Below, in pieces: positions 1-11,229 of a DNA stretch of 64,000 nt. The notes under the pieces are model-generated. The model was given only the letters and a program-made list of their open reading frames with translations. It was not told the DNA's origin and searched no databases. Position 1 is the stretch's first letter. The number at the start of each line of letters is the position of its first letter. The DNA comes from Octopus sinensis (Eukaryota): positions 103,424 to 167,423 of the forward strand of contig NW_021833742.1 in the NCBI RefSeq assembly GCF_006345805.1, read 5' to 3'. The translations under genes and the position numbers were made by a program.

Positions 1-95
1 ATAAGTAAAATATAACAGCAAATAATCAAAATCTTGTAAAACCACAACTCCAGAACCCATAAAAACTATATCTAAGTCTAAAAAATACAAACTTA

Positions 96-417
96 CAAAA
101 AGCGAGCAGCTGGCTTAATTAACTTTTTCCAAAAATTATGAGCTAATTTGTTTTTTCAATTATCATTGATTTCTATTGTTATAAACTAAAATTACCACAC
201 ATGATGTTTCTAATCCAAGTTTGTATTGGGCTCTAAGTTTGTCTTGGGCTCTATTCAAAAAGCGAGCAGCTGGCTTAATTAACTTTTTCCAAAAATTATG
301 AGCTAATTGTTTTTTCAATTATCATTGATTTCTATTGTTATAAACTAAAATTACCACACATGATGTTTCTAATCCAAGTTTGTATTGGGCTCTAAGTTTG
401 TCTTGGGCTCTATTCAA
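96..417. repeat. Tandem duplication, ~160 bp x2
   Basis: The unit caaaaagcgagcagctggc...gggctctattca starts at 96 and again at 256. The copies differ by one T. Confidence 0.9.
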
Positions 418-720
418 GCTTTGATTGTAGATCAAATTTCCTTTTTTTGAATTTTAAATCTGAATATGAGTACCATTTTTCTTAGTTTACAGAATCTTTC
501 TCCGCCTATGTTGAGGCAGTTTTAAAAAATCCACATTATTTAATGGTAATTAATGTATTTTTATCCTTTATTTACTGTTTGAGTCAAATGAAATTAATAA
601 ATTCAAATTCAGCATAAGAATCTGATCAAATATGTCAATTTAGAATAGTATGCTAGAATAGTATGTTATTTATTCATTTGTTTCAATTTGCCTTATTTTT
701 TTTTAATTTTTGAAATTCCT

Positions 721-764
721 GGGAATTAATTTAGATTTCCTGGGACCACTGTTGAGAACCGTTG
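721..764 (-). mobile_element. hAT (Buster-like) terminal fragment, inverted
   Basis: The reverse complement caacggttctcaacagtggtccc matches the TIR and subterminal motif at 1754-1797. Confidence 0.55.
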
Positions 765-901
765 ACTTACCTTCATAGAAATTAAAAAAATAATAGGGAT
801 ATTTGATTAAAAATGGCAAGATTAAAATAATTAAAAATTATGAAAGAAGTTTAAATTGATATATCAATCAAAATCAACGATTAAGAAAATATCCCAAAAA
901 T

Positions 902-1520
902 CTAGGTATTAGTTACTAAAAAAATAACTGTAATAATACAAATGAGAACTCCCGCGGCAATACAATATATTTTATATTGTTTCAGAAAGACAGCCAATGC
1001 TAATTCAAATGGCTAAAAAATAATTAAAAAACTTGATGAACGTTGTTTAATTAAAATCAATAATTTACTTGCTCACATTTAAATTTAAAATATAATATAT
1101 ATATACATTTAAATTTAAATTTAAAATTCCTCCCAAAATTGTTTCTACTGGTTTTTTCTGGAATAAAAAAATTGTGGCAATTAAGACCAATGAATATATG
1201 CAAAAAAGGCATGCCTTAAACTATTCAAAATTATTATTTCCAATTCATCATTACAGAAATGTAGCACAATTGTTTTTTTATTCCAATGCAATACAAAATT
1301 CCAGATATAATTCCTATAATTCCTACTACTCCAGCAAAAAGAAGCATGAGTGCGATGGTTTGTAAAAAACTATTTATAACATTTTCAATTACATACTTTA
1401 ATAATACTGGTCCTAAATAGAAGCCCAGACCGGAAATACCCTATTTTAATAAAAATAGTTAAACTTTACCCCTAAAATGATTATATTTGTTGCAATTACT
1501 AAAATTTGAAAACAGGCCAT
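902..1520 (-). CDS. Small four-TM, tetraspanin-like protein (5 exons)
   Basis: GT-AG splicing gives MACFQILVIATNIIILG|GISGLGFYLGPVLLN|FLQTIALMLLFAGVVGIIGIISGILYCIGIKKQLCYIS|FKACLFCIYSLVLIATIFLFQKKPVETILGGILNLNLN|PFELALAVFLKQYKIYCIAAGVLICIITVIFLVTNT*. There are four hydrophobic segments, and TM1 has an Asn as in tetraspanins. Confidence 0.6.
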
Positions 1521-1753
1521 TTCTACAAAAGTAAAACCGATTTTTTTTATTTTTGGATATTTAAATGAGTGGTTGTAAAAATGCTTTTAGTTCCAAACAA
1601 TTGGTTTTCTTAATAACCTCAATTGTATTATATTTCTGACGTGGGCGATTAATGTTTAACAAACTATCTAAACTTATCTAATAGTATAATATTTATTTCT
1701 AGAGATTTTGTCATATTTGATCATTGTATTACCGGGATTATTGGTTTTCTACA

Positions 1754-2654
1754 AAGCGGTTCTCAACCGTGGTCTCCAGAATATGTTTAGTGGTCCCGTG
1801 AATTTTGAAAAAAAATATATCAAAGTTAAAACTAATTGTGTAATTAAGTATAAACCCAAAACATTGAAATTAACTTGATTTGATTATACGTCACAAATAT
1901 TCTGTACACCCAGGAAATTGTTGCTGACATGAATATTTTAAAATCAAAAGAACAAATTTGATTCACAGCCAAACTTGGGGATGTTATAATCCCAAGTATC
2001 TAAAACAAATCATTTTCAATGATTATTTGCAAAAAATACTTTCCTTTTGAAGACCTAATTCCAAACTGAATCGTTCAACATTTTTTCATTTCATTTAAAG
2101 AATATTAGAAACTTAATTTTCAACAGAGCTTGATTGAAATTCAATGTAAACAGTCTGCTCAGATTATTCTCAAATGCACTTCATTATTAGATTTTTAATA
2201 TTCTCATTAATAATTATTTTATTTTTAAATGTCAGATGGCAAAAGAATTTACCATTTTGAGTAAAATTACATTTAAGTCGATACTTGCTTTTAACATTAC
2301 TTATCACTATGAAATGGCGATGTTTTTTCTGACTTTTCTAAAAACAAAATATAAAAATAGACTATGGTTACAAAATGATATGCGAGTAGCTTTGTCAAAG
2401 ATAAAGCCCGACATTAAGTGAAATTATTCTGAACAAACATGATAAAAAATCTCACTGAATTACTGTTAAATTGTCTGTTATTTTCATAATGTTAATGTTA
2501 TTTTTATATAATAGATAGTTAAACATATTTAAACCTTCCTCTGACAAAACTTGTGCACCAATAGCAAAAAAATGTTTATTTTATTTAAGGTAGTGCCCAC
2601 AAAATTTTATAGTGCAAAAGTGATCTCCAGTCTGAAAAAAGTTGAGAACCGCTG
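1754..2654 (+). mobile_element. Degenerate hAT (Buster/ZBED8-like) element
   Basis: TIRs are aagcggttctcaac (1754) and gttgagaaccgctg (2641-2654). The ORF at 2236-2421 resembles the hAT C-terminal dimerisation region (LKTKYKNRL..NDMRVALSKIKPDI). No matching TSD. Confidence 0.75.
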
Positions 2655-3344
2655 GTTTAATAATAATTCACTCAGAAAAAAAAGTTTAAATGACTACACT
2701 AAATGTGGTAAAACATCGCTGTCACGCTTAAAAATCAATAATTTGTTTTCTGGGAAAGTTTCAATTATTCTATTTTGAGACTTGGTTTGTTCAAACTGTG
2801 AAAATTGTTTTTTGTATTTATATAAAAATGTTTATTTGAAGTATAATTTGATAAATAATCAATTACTGAATTGCACCACAACATATGATTAATAGTTTTG
2901 CTATTGAACTTGAAATTTAAATTTGTTTCAAAAATAGCTCCTTATTGGCATTATCATCCAAAATTAAAAATATTGTTGTTACGTGTTGTTTTTTTCAAAT
3001 AATATATAACTATTAAAAAATTTTTGTTACTATTAAATTACTATTAAAAAAACTATGTCAAAATGAGATAATGAAAACTATTTGAATTAATTAATATGAT
3101 GCAGAATCAAAGAAACTTCTACACTATTTTTATATGCCAGTTTTAATAATATTTTTTAATGTTATTGTACCTAAATAACCACACAGCCGACCAATAATCT
3201 ATTTGTAGGTTACACCGTCATTCTTAAAAAATTATATTTATTGTGGTAAGTGTGGTTTTAAAACAATCAAACTTAGCAAAATTTTTGAAAAAAATAATTA
3301 ACTGAATTGTTATTATCAAATCATTTATATGAGTAATTAGTTCC

Positions 3345-3715
3345 ATCCTCTGCTCTGCAATAAGTATGGCTGGAAGCGGTCCAGAAAGCTGCGAACCCAT
3401 CGAGTTTGATCGTTGTGTGAGAACTCCAAGGTGTTCATTAAGATGGATACACCCATACGCACCTTGATTGTTGTCCAGCACAACAAACCCTATATTTTAG
3501 TCCACGATAAGGTCACCGGGGAGATCGACCGTTTGCAGACAGTGGAAGTGGAGAAAAGGAGGAGGTATGACCTCCTTGCAAACGAGCTAGGACCGAGCCA
3601 GAGAAGAGGGGGAAGAAAGGGAAGAGATGCGTGGAGTGCTATCCTCTGCTCACTTCGGAGGCTCTGAACTTAGTTAGAAAAATTACTTAGTTAATTAGTT
3701 TCTTTTTAATAAATA
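3345..3715 (+). mobile_element. R4-like (RLE) non-LTR retrotransposon 3' fragment
   Basis: CENSKVFIKMDTPIRT..QHNKP.ILVHDKVTGE..VEVEKRRRYDLLANELG and the 3' end gctcacttcggaggctctgaacttagttag both match the element at 23195-24135. Confidence 0.85.
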
Positions 3716-3832
3716 ATTTGGAGTTTTTTTTCATGTCTAAATGTTCAAATAAATTAAAAATTGTTTAAAAATTGTGGATAAAAAATATTAATAAAAAATA
3801 GTTTCCGGCCAAATTTAATTGTAATAATTACT

Positions 3833-4316
3833 GGTACTTTTGTCGAAGTGGTCGCAGTTTTTTTAGAAGATAATTAAAATTAATTAATTTTTTTATAAAT
3901 TCTGAAAAAATAACGGTACTTTTGTCGAAGTGGTCGCAGTTTTTTTAGAAGATAATTAAAAATAATTAATTTTTTTTAGTTGAAAAATAGATTATTTAAT
4001 TATAACCCTCTATCAATAATTTAAATGGTTATTAAAATTATTTAAAAATTTATTTAACCAATTTAGTCATTTTAGTACGCGGCATCCAAATTCCAGACTG
4101 TAGAAGGAATTTATTTGAAAGGATATCCATTTTGCAGAAAATGCACTGCATCCTCCTTACTTATTGGGAGCTGTCGGAATATAAATTAGTAAAAAATTTA
4201 ATAATATTTAAATTATTGATAGAGCGACTTAAATAAACTATAATATATTCCACCTCAAAAATTATTAGATTTTTTAAAAGGCCTAAAAAAACTGCGACCA
4301 CTTCGACAAAAGTACC
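3833..4316. mobile_element. MITE with 34-bp TIRs and 8-bp TSD (Merlin-like)
   Basis: TIR ggtacttttgtcgaagtggtcgcagtttttttag at 3833, with its reverse complement ending at 4316. TSD taattact at 3825-3832 and 4317-4324. The left end is tandemly duplicated at 3915. Confidence 0.85.
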
Positions 4317-4334
4317 TAATTACTCATAGACTTT

Positions 4335-4440
4335 ATTAATAAAAAAACTAATTAACTAAATAATTTTATAAGTCCAGAACCTTCGAAGTGAGCAGAGGAT
4401 GGGATACACTTCCTGCATACACTTCCTTCCTCAGTATAGA
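4335..4440 (-). mobile_element. R4-like retrotransposon 3' terminus
   Basis: aaaaaactaattaactaaa...agtccagaaccttcgaagtgagcagagg is the reverse complement of the family 3' end. Confidence 0.7.
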
Positions 4441-4786
4441 AAGCAATTTCTCTCTTCCAAAATGTGTCCTCATATGTTCAGTCTAAACTAATTATATAAA
4501 AATCACCTCGATAATTTTTAGTTTAAATTCCTTTGCTTTTTGGGGGAAAAAGCGTAGCCTCTGGTTTTTGTATTTTTTTAAAAACTATTCATTCGTTTTC
4601 AAAAATTAACTATTCTGATAATTTTCTGTATCTTTTTTTAGATTTTTCAAATCGGTCAATACAAAATAGATTTAATTGAAATTTTTTGATCTCAGCAAGT
4701 TCATCTTTATTAAGTTAAAGGAAAACCATTTTTGGAAAATTAAATAACCAAAACAAATTTTCAGGCTGGAGATCTGTCAAGCGCAC

Positions 4787-5030
4787 AAATGCCGCTGTAA
4801 GAGAACTGTTGACGAGTACGGTTTTGCGCCTCTCGTTTTCCGTCAGAGTGCTGGTCGTGCCCCTCGTTACAGTGAACTCAACGCAATCATTCAGCGAGCT
4901 CTCGCTTCCGCGGGTGTCCCGTCAATCCTCGAACGGTTGGACTGGATCGAAAAAACGGCAAACGCCCAGGCGGTACGACCACCTTCCCTTACGAGCAAGG
5001 GAAATTTCTTATTTTGGACTCGACCTTAAT
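4787..5030 (+). mobile_element. CRE-like retrotransposon RLE fragment
   Basis: Translates (with a frameshift) as KCRCKRTVDEYG...SAGRAPRYSELNAIIQRALASAGVPSILE..GLDRKNGKRPGG..FPYEQGK, homologous to the ORFs at 20710 and 46140. Confidence 0.75.
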
Positions 5031-5277
5031 TGCATATTTTGGCTGCCATTTTATTTATGAGACTCCGATAAAAGAGCCAATTAAAATAAATTCTTATTGA
5101 TAGATTTTGTGAATCAAACTTTAATTAAATGATTATTTAAACTCTGGAGACTTTGTAAATTTCAAATTTATGTTTTAATTTATGCAATTTTAATTTCTTA
5201 ATTAAGAAAAAAATTTCAGAATCAGCGTATAAATAACCTATTATCGGAAAAACACATTTTCCTATAGAAACCATACA

Positions 5278-5771
5278 ATGATGATTGTTTTTTTATTTCT
5301 CAGATCAATAATTTGTATTTTTATTATTTAGTATAAAAAGGTTCTTCATTGAATTTTAATGTAATTTTGGAGGAATCAAATGATCTAATTTGCCAAAAAT
5401 ACATTGCCACTTCTTTAGAAAATAAACAACGCTTTTTATTAAAGTATAAAAGAGAAGAGACTGGCTGGTTCGTATATGAAACAAACCATAAATTTATTTT
5501 TATTGGAAATAATACAAATAAAATTGGGGCTTTGGGAACCGGAAACTATATTATTAGAACAACAAAAGACCATATAGAAACTGCATCTGTATATGGTTTC
5601 GTGGAAAATGGAATCATTTGGGGAAAACTTAAGCCAATGGTTAAATTGGAATGCCTCAACTATGTCGAAAAATCTTTTCCTAAAAAAGGTGAAAAATAAT
5701 AATTTTATTTTCTAGAAAATATTGGTGTATTGATATCCGTGTTGTTCGTTGTGGTACTCTTCTATGACTGA
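5278..5771 (+). CDS. Uncharacterised protein with signal peptide and C-terminal TM (3 exons)
   Basis: Two 27-nt GT-AG introns join MMIVFLFLRSIICSS to ORF 5349-5699 and then to ENIGVLISVLFVVVLFYD*. Confidence 0.55.
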
Positions 5772-6139
5772 ACACCCAAACCAAAGTGCCGGAACTAGCA
5801 CGGAAACTGTGAAAGAAAGAAATATTGTTGATCGATCATTCCAAGATGTACAAAAAAAATTCTTCATTCCAAAGCAGAGAATTCCAACAAATTTTTTAAC
5901 AACCTTTCATGTAATTACTTGTGGTTTGATCATATAATTTAAATTCTTAAAAAATCTTTAACAAGCTCATATTATCCTAATTTAAACCTTTGCTGTTCAA
6001 ATTTGTCTAATGGTGTCATAGTTATAACTACTATGATTTAAAGATTCTTCTAAAATGATAATTTTATTTAGGATTTCTAAAAACTATAAAATTTTTAAAC
6101 CACACCTGAGAATTTCGAAACATAAGAGAAAAGTTCCCA

Positions 6140-6250
6140 CACTTGCCACACACACGATACGACTTTCTTAACCATTGTTTTCCAACTTCCGTGATTTTGG
6201 GGCTGACTGCTGAGTTCTTTCAGGCCATCGCAGTTGTTTAGGTCATCTTT
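6140..6250 (-). mobile_element. RTE-like retrotransposon 3' fragment
   Basis: ttcccacacttgccacacacgatac...ccatcgcagtt is nearly identical to the 3' end of the element at 51004-51567. Confidence 0.6.
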
Positions 6251-6370
6251 AAATATGTAAAAATATTTTAGTTTTATCCAAACCTACTTTAAATGTATGT
6301 TTTTTATTTTTAAATCTAATTAATTTGTTAATTTTACCTAATAGCATGTTTCTATAGTAAAACCATAGAA

Positions 6371-7433
6371 ATGAATCGAGAAACTATTGAGGGGTTAATC
6401 TTTTAAAACAAACTTTACAGTGAAATCATCAATACATTTGCCAAAAGGAGAATTAATGCTATAGAAAATCACTTGGGTAGATTATGCACTTCAATAAGCT
6501 ATTATGCTCAAAAATTGACTAAGATGAGGAATAGAGGTTAAAATTTTTTTTTCTGTTGAATTCATTAGGGGATGAAATCACAAATGAACTGATGAACTAC
6601 GCGAAAGGAGAAGCGTCAAATCCAACAGAAAAAATCGCCTATGAAAAATTTTATGAGAATTTTGCCTCGATTCAAGACTATAAGACTACACATGTTATTT
6701 AATCAATTAATTAATTAGGCTGAAAGATTGGTTTCAAAAGTTATTGAACCTTTGCAAAAATATAAAAATATTTTATCAGTCTCAAAAGTTAGTAAATTAA
6801 TTTTTAAAATTTTGTAGTCTCAAATTGCTAAAGATCTTCGCAATAAAAATAAAGAACGGAAATTAGTTGACAAAGTAACTGATAACACATTACAATATAA
6901 TAATGCCGATAAAGTAATTTTTTTAAACAATTCAAGTACGAAAATAAACTTTATCAAGCAAAAATAAAATCTTCAGCATCGACTTTAAATATTCACCGAA
7001 CATTATTGGACTTGGAAGAAAAAAAAATTCATGATCTCAAAGTAATTTTAAATTATTTATAGAATAGGAAATACTTAGTAACTTCATTATGACAGAACTG
7101 TCTTATAGTACAAGTGTTATCGAATATCTTACAAATTGCTATAACAACTTGAAGATTATAGATCCCAAATTGGATTTTAATGTAAGTTAAAAATGTAATT
7201 TTAAGCATTTTGAAAATGAATTAAGAGGAAATAACGAAGTAACAAAATCTGATTCAACGAAAAGAGAAAACCCGAATGACACTCTACGAACAACACCATC
7301 ATCAATACCTATTAATCAAAAATACGGTTCCAATGTCGATAGGGAAGATGACTATGATGATACAGATGAAGAAACTGAAGAAGAATCAGAATATGACGAG
7401 ACAGAAGATTTGACCTTAAAATACAAGAGATAA
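6371..7433 (+). CDS. CIBAR1: CBY1-interacting BAR domain protein (FAM92/CIBAR), ciliary transition zone; 8 exons
   Basis: The spliced protein MNRETIEGEIINTFAKRRINAIENHLGRLCTSISYYAQKLTKMRNRGDEI...FASIQDYKTTHAERLVSKVIEPLQKY...LEEKKIHDLKEILSNFIMTEL aligns by eye to FAM92 (KHFGELC, DYRQAEVERLEAKVVEPL). Acidic tail. Confidence 0.8.
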
Positions 7434-8077
7434 AATTTTAGTCTTCAGATTTAATAAAATATGGACTTCCTCTTTATTCTATCAAATATTACAATATTTA
7501 GAAAATTAGGTTCAGAAGATTCATTCTTATATAAAAAATTTCTTTTTTTCAATTATCTCCACTTTGACGAGTGTTCCACACTGCGTCATTTTTGTTGAGA
7601 ACCAATATTTTAGTTATTACGTCTTGGAAACATTTTGAAGAATTTTCTTATCCTTGAAGGTGATTACATAAGTCACCTTCCAAACATATTCCTCGGAAAA
7701 GTAAAGTCTTTGCAAGCTGATTTCATGTGTACATTCAAATTCATAAGTATCTTTCTGATTAATTTATCAATTGCTTCAAATTCACAGGGTTCAGAAACAA
7801 CGAGGCCAATATAGTAATTGCACCGTGATAGAGCATGTTCATTGATTGCTCTAAATAAATTGATTGAGCTTAATTTAGTTTTCGTCGATCCATGGACAAA
7901 ATAGTTAATTATCGTGCACTTTGTTAACGGACTGTTTAAAAATTCGATTTCTTGTGATTCTTGACAATGTCGCTTAGTTCCAAGCTGGCACTGTTATCAA
8001 ATTGTATGTGTCGGTATATATTGCAATTTTTTCATTCACAAAATTTGTTATCAGTTTGTATAAACATGGCATACATA

Positions 8078-9550
8078 CAGCGATACAAATAAAAACGAAA
8101 CACTCATTTTCTCGATTTTTTTCTATTGAATGATTGATTTATTTTAACAAAAATAGAATTTTTAAAAGACAAACATAACTTTAGCCTTTAAAAAAAAAAA
8201 AAAACAACTTATATTTCGGACCGTAATTAAATCCAGTTTTGTCCAAACAAAATAAAAAAGAGAACAAAACAAAATAAAAAGAGAACAAAAGAGTTTTTTT
8301 AACCATTTTTTATTTTATTACACGTGTTGATTCTTGTTACATGGTTTTACAACTTACATTACAAGAAAAAGCAGAAATTATTACGTATTATAAAGTCGGA
8401 AAGTAATATCGGGAAATAAGAAATTTGACCGGAAGATCTCTGAGTGCCATCTCGAGAGTCATTCGAAACTTCACCATGAATGATTCCTTCCAGAGAAAAA
8501 AAGGCTCAGGACGAAGATTTAAACTTAACTCTGATGATCTCGGAATAATTCAACGTGAACAAAAAACTGACGTTGATTTCAATTCCGTAAAATGTTCGGA
8601 AATTTTACGTTTTGAAACGGGAACTGCTGTCACATCACAGACAGTGAGGAACTATTTGAAAAGACTGAACATATCGACGTTTCAGCCTACGAAAAGGTCA
8701 TATCTATCGAAAAAACACAAAAAGACTATACTTTCTCAGTGCATTAAGTGAAACATGTTGCCGAATGTGTTCTGGAATCGAGTTATCTTTAGTGATGAAT
8801 CGAAATTCAATCTATTTAATCCCGATGGAAGAAAATTTGTCTGGAGAAAAAGGGGACAAAGGCTTTTAAGCAAAAATGTTACTACAACAGTCAAGTTTGG
8901 AAAAGGGAACGTAATGGTTTGGGGCGCATTTACATCGGAATGTTTTTCGGAACTTGTTTGGATAAAGGGAATTATGAATGGGAACTTATATGTAAGTATC
9001 TTGGCGGACTATTTGTTGCCTTTTTTGGAGAAAACCGGAATCCGGTCTCCAATTTATCAGCAAGATAATGATCCAAAGCACACATGCAAGGTGGCTAAAG
9101 ATTTTTTTAATGAACACCAAATTGAGTTATTACAATGGCCTCCTTAAAGTCCCGATTTGAATCCAATCGAGCACGTGTGGTCCTTCATGAAACATAAAAT
9201 AAAAGGGACTGAATTTAAAAAAGAGTGACCTATTTGAGGGATTAAAAAATATTGGAATGATCTTTCAATAGAATATGCGACATCCCTTGTTGGAAAAATG
9301 CGGAACAGAATTTTAGACGCAATTAATGCTCAGGGGGGTCATACTAAATTTTGAACTACCATTGTTCTCTTTTTTATTTTGTTTGAAAAAATTTGGTTTA
9401 AATACATATTAAAATCTTTGACGTTTGGATTTTTGTAAAAGGCAAAAGTTAAGATTATAGCTTGAAATTCGATTTTTTATTAAAATAAATCAATCATTCA
9501 ATAGAAAAAAATCGAGAAAATGAGTGTTCCGTTTTTTATTTGTATCGCTG
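8078..9550 (+). mobile_element. Tc1 DNA transposon, full length
   Basis: TA TSD at 8076-8077 and 9551-9552. TIRs cagcgatacaaataaaaa... are near-identical over ~70 bp, with an inner repeat caaacaaaataaaaaagagaacaa at both ends (IR-DR type). Confidence 0.95.
8341..9354 (+). pseudogene. Tc1 transposase (DD34E), inactivated
   Basis: Motifs FSDESKFNL, VMVWGAF, QQDNDPKH and WPP*SPDLNPIEHVW. In-frame stops at ~8404, 8749 and 9145, and a frameshift near 9220. Confidence 0.9.
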
Positions 9551-10471
9551 TATAATCGATCAATAGTTTGCTTGGAGTCAATCGAGTTTACTTTCTTTGA
9601 GATCAGATATGTGATTGATTGCGGGTGACTATTCCGTTAATAATATCTCTGATTTTTTGAAATAGGAATTTTTGAAGAGAAACCAATTTTTTGATGAAAA
9701 AGTTGTATGCAAAATCACATCCTGGAGCCTTCCAATTATAAAGGAATTCAATTAGTTTTGGTATGAATTCGTTATTTATATTGGATTCATGGTGCTCAGC
9801 TCCAGTAACTCTTTTATTCACTCCAAAACTTAAATCATTTTTATCCTTTTTTTTCCAAAAGTCCATCCAAAATTTGAGACGGTCAGATGTGTCGAAACAA
9901 TCAATCTGATCATTATCAGAATTAAAATGTAGCTTTCTGTAGAACGACCTTCAATTCAACTTAAAATTCCGATTATCAATTCCATATTGTCGTCTTGAGT
10001 CTAGAAAAGACAACTTTTTGTTTAAGATTTGAATCTGATTTGTGACCGTTGTCGTGATTCTTTTAAATTCCCCCTTTTTGGATTTTTTTGTAGTTTTAAG
10101 AACGTAAAATGTCAGTGACCTTCTTTTCTTTGTCTTTAATTGTAGAATATATTCTTTTCAGTCAAAGACTCAATTTTATTTTGGATTTTTTGTTTCCAAT
10201 TCGAATTAATTGGATTTCTCATTGTAATTTGTTGATACACAAATTGAACGGAATATATCAGAGTTGAAATATCCTCAGTAATTTCATTTTTATTCACAAA
10301 GACGGAAGCAAGTTTCTTTAATTTATAAATTGATTTCTTTTTCAAATTTGGAATAAAAATAAGTAGACATGAGTGGCAAACCTCCTCTGGGGACTCGTTT
10401 AAGGCGTCTTTTACACAAATAAATAAAGATGACATCCATTCTCCAGAGTTGTATGAGTCGCGGGATGGGAA

Positions 10472-10700
10472 TCAAAGTTGAAGGTGGGGTCCATTATTGT
10501 AATTGCGTGAGGCATCAAGATGACCATGAACAGTCGAGTCCACAATTTCTTGAATTCCATTTATTTCTATTTCTGTGTAGATTACACAAGAGACGAATCC
10601 GATCGTGCCCAAACATTTGCATGGGTTGACAAGAGGACTTGCATTTCCCCACCACTCTGGCAGATTCTGCAGCAAACTGACGAGACTGACGAGGTTTGAA
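10472..10700 (-). other. Partial RING-CH (RINGv/MARCH-like) zinc-finger module
   Basis: Adding one A to the AAA run at 10644-10646 gives SSVSSVCCRICQSGGENASPLVNPCKCLGTIGFV. The His and final CxxC are absent. Confidence 0.5.
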
Positions 10701-11229
10701 GACTCTGAAATATATATTTACGGAAACCAAACCATTTATAGATAAAGTTTCTAATTCCTTTTGATTAGTTGATGGGAATGAATTTTTCAGACTACGAAAA
10801 ACCAACTATTCGTACAAAAGAACAATACTACTTTTAAATTAGAAATTTTTTATACCTAAAAAACAGTTATTCATAACTTTTGATTTTGATTTCCTTTATT
10901 GAAATGGATACTACGAATATTTTATTAAAAAAATAAACATAGGGTTGGTCCTCCTGTATGCTTATCAAAATTCCCGGCGACTTTGATCTTCTAATGACAC
11001 AACTTCAGTTTTTGTGGGAAGGTGGTACGGTTTGGGCTGCCAAAGCAAACAAGAATCGCTTGCTAAAACATTTAAGAAAACCTTAATTTATTATAAATTC
11101 TTATGCCACCATGAAACGTTGCAAAAATTGATTAGGTGTTTAGTTTCAAATAATTTGGATTGTTATATGCTGAAAATATCGAAGTGTTTGGAGGTGACTG
11201 ACTATACCATTTCCATGTAACTGATAATA

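Larger units (their letters stand above)
7450..10700 (-). mobile_element. Long degenerate R4-like non-LTR retrotransposon, interrupted by Tc1
   Basis: Remnants include DISTLIYSVQFVYQQIT..WKQKIQNKIESL, RSFYRKL, NWKAPGCD..YNFFIKK, PCLYKLIT (across the Tc1 site) and INLFRAINEHALSRCNYYIGLV..DKLIRKIL..HMKSACK. Many stops and frameshifts. Confidence 0.75.

Noticed and set aside
764-1754. Tetraspanin-like gene captured between hAT ends
   Set aside because: Both TIRs point away from the gene (back-to-back left ends) and there is no shared TSD, so the gene lies outside both elements.
8341-9354. In-frame TAA/TGA at Gln/Trp positions, suggesting a ciliate-like genetic code
   Set aside because: Host genes (PMM, FAM92, SAS-6, GALK) end at TAA, TAG or TGA and have no internal stops. 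The transposase stops are single-base decay.
9560-10800. Intronless Cys-rich ORFs as a viral or Polinton insertion
   Set aside because: They join into a degenerate R4-like LINE (KAPGxD and LYKL RT motifs). No viral hallmark genes are present.
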